Shown in pieces: positions 48,983 to 61,755 of a DNA stretch of 64,000 bases; the stretch's first letter is position 1; every line of letters begins with the position of its first letter. The position numbers and the translations under genes are program-made. Location of the stretch: contig NC_134031.1 in assembly GCF_964204645.1 (NCBI RefSeq), forward strand, positions 12,216,088 to 12,280,087, in the 5' to 3' direction. The notes under the pieces were generated by a model that was not told where the DNA came from, ran no database searches, and was given only the letters and a program-made list of their open reading frames with translations. This DNA is from Tubulanus polymorphus (lineage: Eukaryota; Animalia; Nemertea).

Positions 48983-49481
48983 ATGTGTTTCCTTCGGTAC
49001 CTAACGATGGTTCACCTGGAGTCGCTTATTCTTTGTAATGATAGTGACAAAAAGCCATTCAGTCCAAATACTACCACACGTGACCCCCCAGATGTAGCAT
49101 ACCCCATTGCGAACCGTTTCTTTCCGTTTTCTTTTGATTGTATTTTTCATTTTCCCAGGACGAGGAACAGTGGCAGAGGGGCAAGCCAAGTGCAGTGTCC
49201 ATTGGCCGTATCTACCTTTTGATGGTATAGATATTTTTGGTTAGACATTACGCTTAGGTGCGCCCCGAAAACAAACCACAAACCATTAGTGGAGATCGAA
49301 AGCTGCATGTATTATCATCACTGAGATGCAACCCTAATGCGAAACAACGACTACGCCGTGTTAGATGTCTACTGTATCCAGAGCCGAGAAGTTTGGAGCT
49401 TAATATACTATAATAAGGGACTAAAATTAAATTTGTGTAGATATTTTGACTATATATTCCTGTTCAAATAGGAGTTTGAAC

Positions 49482-49498
49482 AAGTTGAAGGGGGGTGG
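49482..49498 (+). promoter_or_regulatory. Polypurine tract
   Basis: aagttgaaggggggtgg abutting the 3' LTR. Confidence 0.85.
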
Positions 49499-49688
49499 TG
49501 TGATGGAATATGTCCATCAGTCGTTTTCTATGTTGTAACTGGAAGGTGCTGCCCTCTCTCGAAAATACAGAACAATAGGTGATTGTGTTAATATCTTTTG
49601 TCCGCCTTTTTACTGGTTTTTGGGCTCTCAGAGTCGATATTTGGAGGAAACTTCTACTGTGGAACAGGCAGAATAGGACCTCGTTACA
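49499..49688 (+). repeat. 3' LTR (190 bp)
   Basis: tgtgatggaa...ctcgttaca followed by TSD aagg. Confidence 0.97.
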
Positions 49689-50169
49689 AAGGTAGCCATG
49701 ATGAAATGGAGTATTGATTTATGTTAGGCTACACTCACATACAAATTAGAATTTAGAATAACATAGTAAAATAGTTTCTTATAGTTTGGAAATGGTTCAA
49801 AATTAACTGATATTAAAAATCAAATGAGAAAGACATGCGCACGCGTGTTTAATTGTAAAGCACTTTATATAGCTGCGCTGCTGTGGCAGCGTGCCAATAA
49901 TCAATACACAGCAGTCTAATACTAGACTACAGGCACGCAGCATTCAATGTATATATAATACATTCAACACGTGGATACAATCAATGAGCACTCACCCGGT
50001 AATTTACTATCAGAAACAACAGATCCCAATGATTAATTACAAACAGTGGTAAAGACTCTCAACTGCTATGAGAATGACCGTAGCAATGTTTTCAAAAAGT
50101 GACATATGTAAACACATGAAGACGGGACTCGACTTATACACCGACTATAGCCTTAGTACAACTTTTTAA

Positions 50170-50457
50170 CCCTTTCAGTGCTGACTAATTAATACCCTAT
50201 AGTGCTGGAGAAAATTTGAAAATTCTAAAAAATTCCACCTTAGTGTGTTGAACAATGGGAATACCACTATAGTGCGTCTACACCGCAGTGCGGTGTATCG
50301 TTAGTTACTAGTATTTCACTATGTTTGACACTTGCTGCCATTTTTCAATAGAGATAATTACAAATTACTAATTACATCAATACACCGCAGTGCGGTGTAC
50401 TAGCAAAATCCATCACTGATTTATACACCGCACCGCGGTGTAGACGCACTGAAAGGG
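50170..50457. mobile_element. piggyBac-type MITE
   Basis: TTAA-ccctttcagtgc ... gcactgaaaggg-TTAA; three internal tacaccgca(g/c)(t/c)gcggtgta palindromes. Confidence 0.88.
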
Positions 50458-53299
50458 TTAAACTGAAAATTTGACCTCGACTTATACACCAAGTCGAATC
50501 GTACACCGGAAAATACGGTAATTTTTTGTAAATGAATCTCATAAGTAAACCACAATTTCACAGACTGCCTGCTGGCGAGTTATAGCCTACTGCAGTTTAC
50601 ACACATTATGTGGTATGCTTAATTGTATGTGTGAGTACACTAGTATATGAACACACTTTACACAGCACACATGGGAGGCCTGCTTGAGTCAGCATAGCCA
50701 CGTGTGAGAAAACCAAAAAGACTATGGAATAAACTAAGCTTATGACAAATCTTTTTAATGAATAAACTATGAGAAGACTATTAGTATTCAATGTCTTAAT
50801 TAGTAAAATACATACAACTATCCCTACCTTAGGCTGACAGGTTTTTCGAGTCATACTAGTAGCTTCGGCGACTACGTCACTGAAGCTTAAAATGCAATTT
50901 CATTTTGACACTATTCCTGGCTTTTTCACTGTATTATTGTACTTTTTTTAGATAGGGAATCTGATTTAAGCATGTCCATGAAATTTTCAATAAATAAACA
51001 TTCGCAACCTCAAAGTAACTAAACACTTCCGTTAAAGCAAGCAGTGTGTCAGTGGTCGGGATAATTTTGCAACTACTATTTCTTTGTCTGCAACCGGTAT
51101 TTCAAATCACTTTGAAAGCCCTGTTAATCCACTCCGAGACAAACGATACACCCTTCTCATAATGTGGCGCTATACTGCAGCGATAGAAAGAACTAACCAG
51201 AAGTGATGTCATACGGTGAGTGAGTTTTACTACATTGTTCGTAAATCATTGTGTTTTAGAAGTGATTTTACCTAGTTTATGCTCCTTTCATACTTATTGG
51301 GTGGTACATAGGTCCTATACGTAGAATATCCAATAATTTGAAATTAAGATATTTTGAAAATCGGTGCATTAGACTGCACAAACCCATTATCTTAAGGAAG
51401 TGGATATTTTGCCAATGCAGCATGATCTGCCTTTGCTGGTTTAAATGTCGCACTGGGAAGCGCTTCACCAAAAGATTTCACCAAAATAATTCTTATCAGT
51501 TTATATCATGCGACTATTTTGAAGGAGCATGACACATATGCGGGATATGTGGATCCACAAGGGCTACCACGTAAAAAGTGCCGATGTACCTTAATTGTTT
51601 GGCGCTTTCGTAGTTCCGTTGGGAGTTGCATGAACTTATCGTACCCATTGGCATTTGGCACTTATGTGTACATGTACTTATACCATGTTTTTGATGTGAT
51701 CCAGCTTTGAAACTGAATTAAACCACCTGTACTCAATAAATGCTAATTGATTTCAGCATGCATTCATGAAGCATTTTGAAAAAAAACATCATTAAAGATC
51801 TTGATTTGTTCTATCAAGAACTCAATCTTACTCTGATAAGTTGACATTCAAGAGAGATTTTGATGAGTTGACGTTCAACAGAGAGAAGAATATATCTCTG
51901 TTAATTCAATAAAGACAACTAATGTTTTATTGAAATATTTGAATACATACATATGTAAAGTTGTAGATCGCCAATAAAGCACTATTATCGATATCATTAT
52001 AAATCAATAGCTGATGGAATCCCAAGCAATGAATCCCTTCAGGTCACATGTATGAAAAATGTCAGAAAACCTGTTATTGCTGCTTTACAGCTATATTTTA
52101 CATTTGATTTGGAAGGTCATCTTGCTTAGGAGTCAGATTGTCAAAGCATCGAAGCAATGCAGTCTAACTTGTTTTACATCTCGGTTGCAGCTTGGCAGGG
52201 CGGTCATTATATTGTTCACTTAAATCACTTACATAGCCCAATGTTTTTCAGTGTGTAAACTCCATCATACTGGGCATTACAGGGACATTGAGGAATTGAA
52301 TTTTAGGCACCTAGGTTTCAAGATGAATTCAAATTCAATCTTGAATACATAAAAATTAGTCAAATAAATTTTCATTTTATGGAAATAAATTCTACTGAAC
52401 ACAGATTTTGAAATGTATGATGTGTTTTTTTATTTATCCTGGCGAAATAATTACAGCAACAAAAAAAAACTGACGGTCAACAAGGTGAAGTTTTCATTTA
52501 TCTTCGGATAATTTGTCTTCCCCTGGTGATACAAGCATTTTGGCTACATCTTTTGAAACCTCAACGCTTTATCTACTCGCACCAATTAGTCAGCCAAAGT
52601 CGATTTTCATGCCATCTGACCTCTTTCCACCTGTAATTAAGCAATCAAATGGAAGAATTACTCAGTTATGTAATATAATAGAGGAGTGAAAGAAAATATA
52701 ATAGATATCGTAGGAGACCAATTTGAATCATGCGTTTGTCATGAAAAATCTATTACACTGACGGTCAAGCCACGTGGAATCAGTATTTCAAGGGCTATTT
52801 GGTTTACTCCAAAACAAATCTCTGATAAACTTTAAAAAGCTTCATATGACGTAGGACTCTTGATGCCCATGAATTGGTATCCCATCCCAATGAATCCAAT
52901 TCTGCATTAGCACGACTGATTACTAATATTTTAAACATGGCATTAGAAAAAGACAATTACACAAAACGTCAAGTACTTACAGCATCTGAGACAGTTGCAC
53001 GTAAGTTACGGCTTTGACTGCCAATGACAAAAAAACTTTCCACTGGCTCTACACACTACATTTAAGGCTTATTCTATTCTAGGCGTATCCCCCAAAAAGC
53101 TAGGCATTAAGTAGGTAGCCAACAATGATTATTGCTTACCTGAGTACTCATTTGCTACCATATGTACTCATATCATAGCACCACCCAGTGGAAAGGTGAC
53201 CTTAACTGCAGTTAGAGCATGAAATCATGTCTTACATTGCCTGGTTAATGGATTCCCACCTACATTAAATTAACTCTGCGGTCGTTGTCATCGATCCGG

Positions 53300-53588
53300 G
53301 TCAAGTGAACGGAAGTAAAATTCCATATGAAAATCCCTACCAGTTATATCCATATTATGTTGATTTGATCCAGAAATCTTCAGAAAATGTAGCCATATTC
53401 GTTGTCACTCTCAATTTGTTCGCTACCAAATTCCAAGTCACCAGCATCACTGTCAGCATCATATACGAGCTGCTGAACCGTTTCATCCAGCCAAATTGTT
53501 TTTTTCATGGCTGTTGCCATCTTTGATTTTATGCAGATGGCAGCACCGGCTGATACTGATAGATATGCCCTTCTAGAAGAAGGGTTAA
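53300..53588 (-). mobile_element. Possible piggyBac left-end relic
   Basis: aaggg-TTAA terminus; minus strand acidic start MATAMKKTIWLDETVQQLVYDADSDAGDLEFGSEQIESD, like piggyBac N-termini. Confidence 0.4.
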
Positions 53589-53997
53589 GTGATACAGTAT
53601 CACATACGGTACGGGTATGCTAGCTTGTCAATTTGTACCGTATGCCATACGGTAGTGGGATTGAAAGGGTTAAGGTTGAGTTTGACGCTCGAGGTCGTCT
53701 GGTAATTTGTAGGCTTTTCGGGATGAACTTTTATCAATGGATGACAATGCTTTGCATTATTCTTGTTGCTGTTTAGACCGGGTTATTACAAGGGATTAAT
53801 TAATAAATTACTATACGCAAATTCGAAATGGTCAGACGCTGAGTTATATTTCTGTCAGAATTGAAAATTACGTTTATAAGGTGTTAGTAGTCGAATCTGA
53901 GAGGAGATACATTTCATGAAAATAATTTGTCTGGAAAGTGGAAAAGGTAACAAGAACAGCATAAACCCTAATTATAAAAATAAAATCGTCATATTGG

Positions 53998-54100
53998 GAG
54001 GGTAAGGGTATCGATAGGGTTAGGGTCTAGGGGGTTAGGATTAGGGTTAGGATGAGGTTTCGGGTCCGTTTTACTCCTAGCGATAGGGTTAGGGTAAGGC
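53998..54100 (+). repeat. Degenerate interstitial (TTAGGG)-like tract
   Basis: agggttagggtctagggggttaggattagggttagg...agggttagggtaagg. Confidence 0.65.
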
Positions 54101-54127
54101 GAGGCTATATGTAGGCTGGATTGCAGT

Positions 54128-54195
54128 GAGCCCGGTGGTCTAGTGGAAAGACGTTAGGCTAGCAATATGCTGCTCTGGGTTTGAATCCCGCTTTA
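54128..54195 (+). pseudogene. tRNA-derived sequence (pseudogene or SINE head)
   Basis: A box tggtctagtgg and B box ggtttgaatcc at tRNA-like spacing; acceptor and anticodon stems do not pair. Confidence 0.5.
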
Positions 54196-57100
54196 TGCCC
54201 CTATTTTCTCTAACTATATTCTCCACACTTCTTGAATTTTCACCTCAGTGCGCATGCGAGGCGTTAGCCAATCAGAACGAGCCATTGGCAAAATAGCGTT
54301 AATAGGAATAATAATAACGCATTGGCAAAATATCAACTGCCTTATTTTATTGAATATCACATAGTTAAACACTTCCCATGCTAACAATTCAATGCAATTT
54401 TATTGGTCGACGAAATTACAGGTGTTTCATTGACTAATCATCGAGGTGTACTTAACACTAGAGGACCAAAGGTCCTGCGCTCTCAAGGTACAGTTTTTTT
54501 TAATATCAATGAAAACATGTTACATTGTTCAATCTACTTTCTCTTTTAATTATGCAGATTTGTTCGCTTTAACAACTGCCCTGGGCACTATCGTGAGACT
54601 TGACACCTCAGACAGTGGTAGCCAGGAACAAATCCGTTAGATCGATTTGTTTAGCTTTAAACTTTAGTGAAATATGGCCGGTTATAGGTTTCAAAGACTT
54701 TTTAACAATAATTTGACCGATAACAACTTAAATGATAATCGATTATTAAGTTTATTTCATTCAAAATAATAATTGGCCTTGGGCCAAGCGATTTTACCAC
54801 AGCGTTATGAAGTGCAGAGATGAGATGATTTGTCGAATTCAAATTACTTATAAATGATAGAGGAGATTTGTAATATACGAGTAGCTTCGTTAATTAGTAA
54901 TTAGAACTTTGACAAATCATCTCATACTAAAGTCTATCCCAGTGGTTATGATTGCGGTGCATCAAACAGTTCATATCATCGCAGATCTGGAACCCTGTGG
55001 TTTCTATGTGCTCAACCCTGCAAGTAACTGCGGTCAGGCAACTACCACATTCAAGAGTGAATAATACTAAAGACCATCCTGGTCATTCACTCCTCTAGAT
55101 TTGGTTTTTTCTGTATATTCTCAAGGAACACCGATTACTTAAAATGTATTTAAACATGGAATTCAAGTTTTCGTGGATTAATTTCTTATTTTGTGCACTT
55201 AACAAAGCTAGACATGCGCAAATATGTTAACAAATGACTATTTGTGGATTTAATTATTATCTCACGTAATGTGCTGTACGTACTGTGCTGCTATTTTGCT
55301 TAAACAACGTCCAAATATAATGTTTCAACTTGAAAATTAGTTCTGACACTTTCTAATGTAAACATTGACTTTGGTATCCTCGGAAAATATTCACTCTTGA
55401 ATGCAACAAGACTTCAAAGCTCATTTTTCCTTGCTAATTTCTTCATTTTCTTAGTGTAAGCTTCGAAAAGTTTTGCTCTTTTCATTCTTGCCTGTTACTA
55501 TAGTAACGAGCAGCTGGGGTCCAGCGAGTCAGCGATGCTCATGGTGAGTTTGACCACTTACAGCTGTCAGTATCAATTAAATTGTTGTTGATACTGGTGG
55601 CTCTTTGAATGGAAAAGCTGCGATCATAACCTCTGGGATAGACTTTAGTTCACCAGTTTTGGTAGACTAAAATTGCGTAAAATTCATCCGAATATTCATA
55701 CGAACGTTTTATTTACCAAAATGAAAAATCAATTTTATAAATTTTAGAATATTTCCACATAAATATTTCTACTTTCATACAATATAGATTAAGAATACAA
55801 GTTTGACAAGGAAAATATGTTACTGAACAGTGTATTGACGGGACTCCGTTGCAGGTGCGCGTAGCTCTTATTGGTTGTTGCGATGCATAGGGAACCCCGT
55901 TAATGAGGAATCTCCCAGCACAAAACAAGGAATTTAAGACTGCTACGGTACCGACCCTTGGTGCAGGGTGCCTGGTCAAGTCAAGTGATGTAGTCAACCG
56001 CATATTAATTTACCTTGTGAAATAAATTCATCCAAACAAATCATTGATAAAATATTATTCAAAAATCTTCTTTCTATCACCATTCAACCCAATATAACAT
56101 GTAATAATCTTGGATACAAAGTTGCCGGATCTATCTTTTCAGCGGATTTAACCCCATTTATCGGATCTTTCGTTAATTCAATGACTGTAAAAATGGTGTG
56201 CTTTGGTTCGCAGTAAACATACATGACGCGCTCGTAATAGATCTGATAAAAACAAGCTGGGATAAAAATAACATATATAATCATAGTCTATTTACATAGA
56301 GAAATGTGCTGGAAATAAGACATTTCTCTAAACAACTCTTGGACCTTTAAATCTATACTCAGTCATATTAGTTAATTCATATTGAAAATGATTTCAGCTT
56401 ATTTTGTAGTCATGGTTGATCACAACTACGATATCAGTACCGCTAGTCTGCATGAACAGAAAAACCCACCACAGCAAGATGGTGGCAATGACAGTGGCGA
56501 AAAACATCTGAAAACTTTCAAAATAAATGATTCAAAGGTAATTACTTATCTATCACATGAGATGTTAACATACCTAGGGGGGCAGCTTTCAAATTAACAG
56601 GTGATACTTTCTATTTTCACAAGGCTCCACTTAAACTTGAATCATTACAGTTTGTAATAATCTTTTTAGAGTAACAGAACCTGCTGTGTACAATACTGCA
56701 TGAAGTCGGGATATTATCATGTTGATGACCATGGCACAGTTTCGTATTTTCAGTTTCCAAAAGACGAAGATATGCGAAAAAGTGGATAGTCAGTATAAAA
56801 CAAGACGGAAAATATTTCACCATAACCAACAATACTTTCGCATGCTTGCTCCATTTTAAGGACACTGATCATCGTGATGTTTCAAAATAAGAACATTTAA
56901 AATAATGTTGCCAACCATTAAATATCTTTCCATTGGCAAAAAAACCCGCGCAGTGTGAGGCCTGCTTTAGAGTTTAACAGGGATCCTTCAATCTAAGAAT
57001 CTGCAATGTGCGTTTGAATCAGTTTATATATATATATCTTTATTCATAACAATGTTACAAGTTGAAAATAGAAAAAGAGTCAAAAAGCAAAAATAAAAGC

Positions 57101-57224
57101 ATATATTAACATAAATGGCCTAGGGCCAAGGAACAGAGACGTTAGCTTAATCATTTAGGGGAGGTAGGTTCATCTATCATCATGAATTAATCATATCAAA
57201 TAATCATAATCTTACACTGTTTAC

Positions 57225-57312
57225 CTTTTTGAGATGGTAAGACTTCGGATAAAATTGTGGTAAGCCATCTTGGTAAGCACTTTCTGCAAGTGGTAGCACC
57301 TTCAAGCATCGA
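57225..57312 (-). CDS. SMG8: SMG8 exon (RCLKVLPLAESAYQDGLPQFYPKSYHLKK)
   Basis: Acceptor actttag|T, donor AAAAAG|gtaaac; 88 nt, phase 2 to 0. Too short for the ORF track; resembles RCQKALPMAHSAYQSNLPHNY of SMG8. Confidence 0.9.
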
Positions 57313-57927
57313 CTAAAGTAAAGTTAAGACAGGAAATGTTTGATTTATTTACATTATGGAAATGATTTATTTACATTATGACTTGATGAGTCGGTACCAC
57401 CTCAGATACCCCCACTTAAAAGCTATGTCTGTGCTAGTCCACTTCCTCAGCCAAAACACAGATATTTTTGCTAGGTAGAGATTTTTGGTCAACAGTTTGA
57501 AATACCAAATTTGAAAAATGGGCATGTGACCAATAACTGGACAGACATGGAGAGTGCTACTTTTTGAATCACACTCAAATAGCACCTTTGTAATCAGGAA
57601 TATTGTGATCTGTTTTGTGGGATTTGTATCCAGGTCCAATACTGTGGCATTGGTATGAAATGAATTCTTCGTGGGTTAATATAATTTAAGCCACCATTAA
57701 ATCTCACTATAGCCTGACTCCTTCACATAAAAAATCCAACACAATAATGAACACAACTCATGGAACACACACATCATCTGAGCATCGACGTATCAGTGAA
57801 CCCTATGGGCCGATTTGTAATTTCACTAAAATCCAATATGGGATCTGCGAGTACACAATGAAGATTATATACATGACATAGACATGTAATGCTAAGGGTT
57901 AACCACAAAAAAATAAATACATCAAAC

Positions 57928-58061
57928 CTTTCAGAAAAAGAGGCATCAATTTCAACTGCTGCTTTGAGCGTAGTATATTCCACCTCCATTATCTCATTGT
58001 CTCCAAGAAAAAAGTTATGTAATTTATCTGCCACATCAAACCATGTCCCAATAGAAGGCAG
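57928..58061 (-). CDS. SMG8: SMG8 exon (LPSIGTWFDVADKLHNFFLG...EIDASFSE)
   Basis: Acceptor tttctag|CTG, donor GAAAG|gtttga; 134 nt, phase 0 to 2. Peptide resembles vertebrate SMG8 LPTYQKW...LDIDTKFSENRC (from recall). Confidence 0.9.
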
Positions 58062-58135
58062 CTAGAAATAGAATGAACCTAGAATGAAATATAGCTGCAA
58101 AGCAATGATAATGAGTTTTCTGCCAAGCAGCATCA

Positions 58136-59500
58136 TTAATATGGAAACCTTTGGAAATTATAAATAGGACAATATAAAACTATACGAAACTTTTCCAAAA
58201 CAGGTACATACGGAACTAAAATGAACTCTGAAATGTGTTTTTTGTTTTCTGGAGGTTTAGAATTGAAGAAAGTACGTTTAGCCTTAGAAATAGAGATTTT
58301 CAAAATGTGATCAGGGTAAGCCAATTTTCTAAGAGAGTTGGATATATGTTCAAATTCAGCCAAAAGGAAGGTTTCATTGCAGATCCGTATTGCACGGAGA
58401 AAGAGGCCTTGACTAATTTTGATTGATTAAGCAGTAAACGAAAAGAAGTGAAGGTATGCCTCGGCGTTGATAGGTTTACGGTAGACTGAGAAAACCAAAT
58501 GAGAAAATTTATTGTGAATTAGAACATCTAAAAACGGAATTTGGTCATTTTGTTCCCATTCAAAAGTGAATTTCAAAGATGGATATTGGGAGTTGATGAA
58601 GTCGATAAAAGAGGTAAGATCAAAAATATCAGAAACTAAGCACAGAATGTCATCAACATATCTAATCCATAAGTTAGGTTTAGAGCCAGCGTACTTAGGG
58701 AGAATTTCAGATTCAAAGTGTACAAGGAAAAGATTAGCCAAAATGGGGGATAATGGGTTACCCATAGCCAAACCAAAAATTTGTTCATAGAATTTGTCTT
58801 GGAATTGGAAATATAGATTGGTTGTACAAAGTTCCAAAAGTTCAAGTAAACATTCTACGCGAATTGGGAGATCAAGATTGGAGTCCGGGAGTTTTCTTCT
58901 TAAGAAATTGAGAGTTGGTTCCAATGGTATATTTGTGAACAAGGAAACAGCGTCGAAAGATATAAATTTTTGTCCATTAGGTTTGAGATTTTTGAGTTTG
59001 TCTAAAAGATCCTTATTGTGCTGAATGTGAGAATCAGAAAAAGTACCCAAAGCCGGGGAGAGTACTTTAGCCAGATATTTGGAGAGCCGATATGATGGAG
59101 AATTGATATTAGAAATGATCGGTCTTAAAGGTGAATTGGGTTTATGAATTTTGGGAAGACCATAAGCATAAGGAAGATTTGGAAGCCGAGAGTTAAATTT
59201 GGAGATGAAGTCCGAATGGTCAGGAAATTTCTTAGAGATATTTTTTAAACCTAAATTAAAAGCTGATTGCATCTTTTTCAAAGGGTTGTTTTTGATGGAT
59301 TTGTAAAAATTGGAATCACCGAGAATAGCAAACATTTTAGAATTGTAATTGATCAAATCTTGAATAACAATTTTGCTGCCTTTATCAGCCTTGCAGATGC
59401 AGATGGTTTTGATTGATTTTAGTTCCTGGAGAGCAATCGAAAATCTCCGAGTTACACATTTTGAATTTTTTCCGGGTCGAGACTGCTGCCGAGTCCTGAA
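58136..59500 (-). mobile_element. Penelope-like RT fragment, related to 33883-36377
   Basis: YGLPKIHK, FDAVSLFTNIP, GLAMGNPLSP, WIRYVDD, VYRKP; shares AEAYLH.FSFT with the plus-strand copy. Confidence 0.9.
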
Positions 59501-61403
59501 CCTTTGCTTTAGTCTCTACCTAATTTTTGGTTATAGAGGCATGCATAAACAGTATGTATCAAAACCCTATCACAACCGCACAAGCCAACTTTAAACGCTA
59601 TGCTGAATATTCCAAGAATGAGGTTTACTTCTACAAGACGAAAAAAATCTTATTTGAACATTTCAATGTATATAAAATATGATTAGGAGAACCACCTTTT
59701 GTCAACACGTCACACATGACTATGGGCGACTGTGGTGTTCTCTGTTGGAGACTGGAGGTAAGTTAAATTTGATAGCTAGTTATAATGATGATGCGGCTTT
59801 TGGACAAAAGGGATCTTACTTAATTCCTTTTTAATTCATTGTGCGCATGGAATAGATTTAACAATTGCAAATAATTTATTTGCTGTGGTGAGTGGTGAAA
59901 TCATCAGGTTTTGTTAAAGAAATTACATAGCATCTGTTAGAAAAATGTATCAATTCTTATTTTTAGACTATCTATAAAAGGAGGAATCATGGACCAATTC
60001 AAGTTGATTTGCTAAGATGGACATACAGATACCGAGAGAGAAGACTTCTTGTAGCAGCAGTGATTATATTTCATGCAATCAGATGCCACCAGTGAACTTC
60101 AACTGTGAAATTTGCAGCAGGGATAGCTAAACGACACAATTTAATAAAATGAAATAAAACGAACGCCATTTCAGTCATAACTTGATTCAACCAGAGAAAA
60201 ATAAGTCAACAGCTGATGTACAGTAGTACCCTGCCTTACTTGGTTTTCCTGGGACCAAATTTGTAGTCTTTGAAAGCTAAGCGATATTCCGAGGTAACAA
60301 AGGGGATTTCAATAGAATACCAAGCAATGGAACCAGAATTCAAGCCCAAGCTAAGCGAATCTGTGGCTTTAATGCTTGATTCGGATAAAATGTAGAACTG
60401 ATTTCTTTTTTGTATAATGTATAACTTAAGCTGTTAATTAATATAGTTAGATAAACGTTCAATCATTGGATCTTTCTTGTTGACTCGTTTCATTTTGAGA
60501 GTTCAGAGTTCCAGTTAATCCACAATGTGCAGTGCCTAGCCTTCATATACACTAAAGCCAAGCCTGTGTATGGGAAAATGTTGTTCGATTCTCATAGGCC
60601 AGACAAATCGAGGTATGAATGGAGATGGTAGGCTCCAGCAACTTTAGAAAGTAAACTAAGTTTTGACCTCTACCCGGGGACGACCCTTTAAGGCCTCCTT
60701 GTAGAAAATGTAAAAAATATGAAACCCAATCGAAGCTATGCTAAGTACAATGACAGTTGAACCTCTATTTACGAATTTCAATGACACCGAAAATAAAATC
60801 GAAATAATCAAATTTCGATGCTAGTACTTATTATGGGTTGTCAGGTTCAGCCTAACTGTACTTTCATTCAACTACTTCTTGTGTGAAACGTGGAAATGAG
60901 AAGTTGCAAGGAATTACCAAACAATAATAAACACAATTGAGAATTCGAATTACTGTAGTTAAGAATTTATTCAAATGAAGTGAAACTTCATTGTTAGCTC
61001 ATACGGGTACATGATGCACAAACAAATGAAAGTAAAATATTATTTATTTATTTTCCATTTTGGGGTAGCATGATGGTAGTTTTTGGAACTGCTGTTTTGA
61101 TGAACTAATTTTTGGCTAGTTATTATCATGTTATACAGTTTGTCCTGAACAATTATTGTTCCTCCTGATTCAACTGAAGATTCTGGCTCTTGTCAAGGAA
61201 ATGAGGTCCTCCATCAATCGATCAAAAGTTGAGCTCAGACCACTGAAATTATGGCAACATTTATGGGGGACCTCTTCTTCACTCTAGCTACTATGGTCCG
61301 GCCATATGCATTTTCAACCTATTAATTGTGGTTTGATGCCAGTTGAAAATGTTGAAGGGAGCCGAAGACAACGACCTTGTAGGCCTATCTCTAAAACCGG
61401 AAA

Positions 61404-61457
61404 AATTAGGGCAGACTCAACTACACTAAACGCCACATAGTTGAGTCTGCCCTAATT
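61404..61457. repeat. Perfect 20-bp inverted repeat with 14-nt spacer
   Basis: aattagggcagactcaacta ... tagttgagtctgccctaatt. Confidence 0.85.
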
Positions 61458-61469
61458 ACTCGTCACTCA

Positions 61470-61755
61470 GATATTAGTACCAATTTAAATAATGGCTTTT
61501 CTCCCCATAATTCCCTTCTTTCTAAGTATATTACTTCATGCCTTGCCAAACACTAACTATTTACCCACTCACCAATTTACTCAATTAACCTGTCCTCCTC
61601 TGTATATATACCCCCGTTTTTAATCTTAATCTCACACCTGATGATGATCTCTAGGGTGAGATCGAAACGTCGTGTCTTTTATAAATTTTTGATTGAATAA
61701 ATAAATTCTGGTTTTTAAATTCTTTTAATCTGTAAATAGTGGGATTTTATCTTGA
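61470..61755 (+). mobile_element. Solo Penelope pseudo-LTR
   Basis: ORF tail NLNNGFSPHNSLLSKYI similar to 35994-36040; hammerhead; AATAAA; tail agtgggattt like 36358-36370. Confidence 0.8.
61634..61675 (+). ncRNA. Minimal type I hammerhead ribozyme
   Basis: ACAC-CUGAUGA-U-GAUCUC uagggu GAGAUC-GAAAC-GUC-GUGU; canonical core with GUC triplet. Confidence 0.88.

Larger units (their letters stand above)
41945..49688 (+). mobile_element. Full-length Gypsy/Metaviridae LTR retrotransposon
   Basis: Two TG...CA LTRs, 4-bp TSD aagg, PBS, PPT, gag then PR-RT-RH-IN order, extra ORF3. Confidence 0.97.
41820..50518. mobile_element. pogo/Tigger-like MITE hosting the Gypsy element and a piggyBac MITE
   Basis: TIRs ctgtattttccggtgta ... 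tacaccggaaaatacgg-TA with internal tcgacttatacacc repeats. Confidence 0.7.

Noticed and set aside
52480-52635. Exon-like stretch after a strong minus-strand acceptor (aattacag|G)
   Set aside because: Stops in all three frames and no gap in the SMG8 peptide here.
54128-54195. Functional tRNA gene
   Set aside because: A and B boxes present but the cloverleaf stems do not pair.
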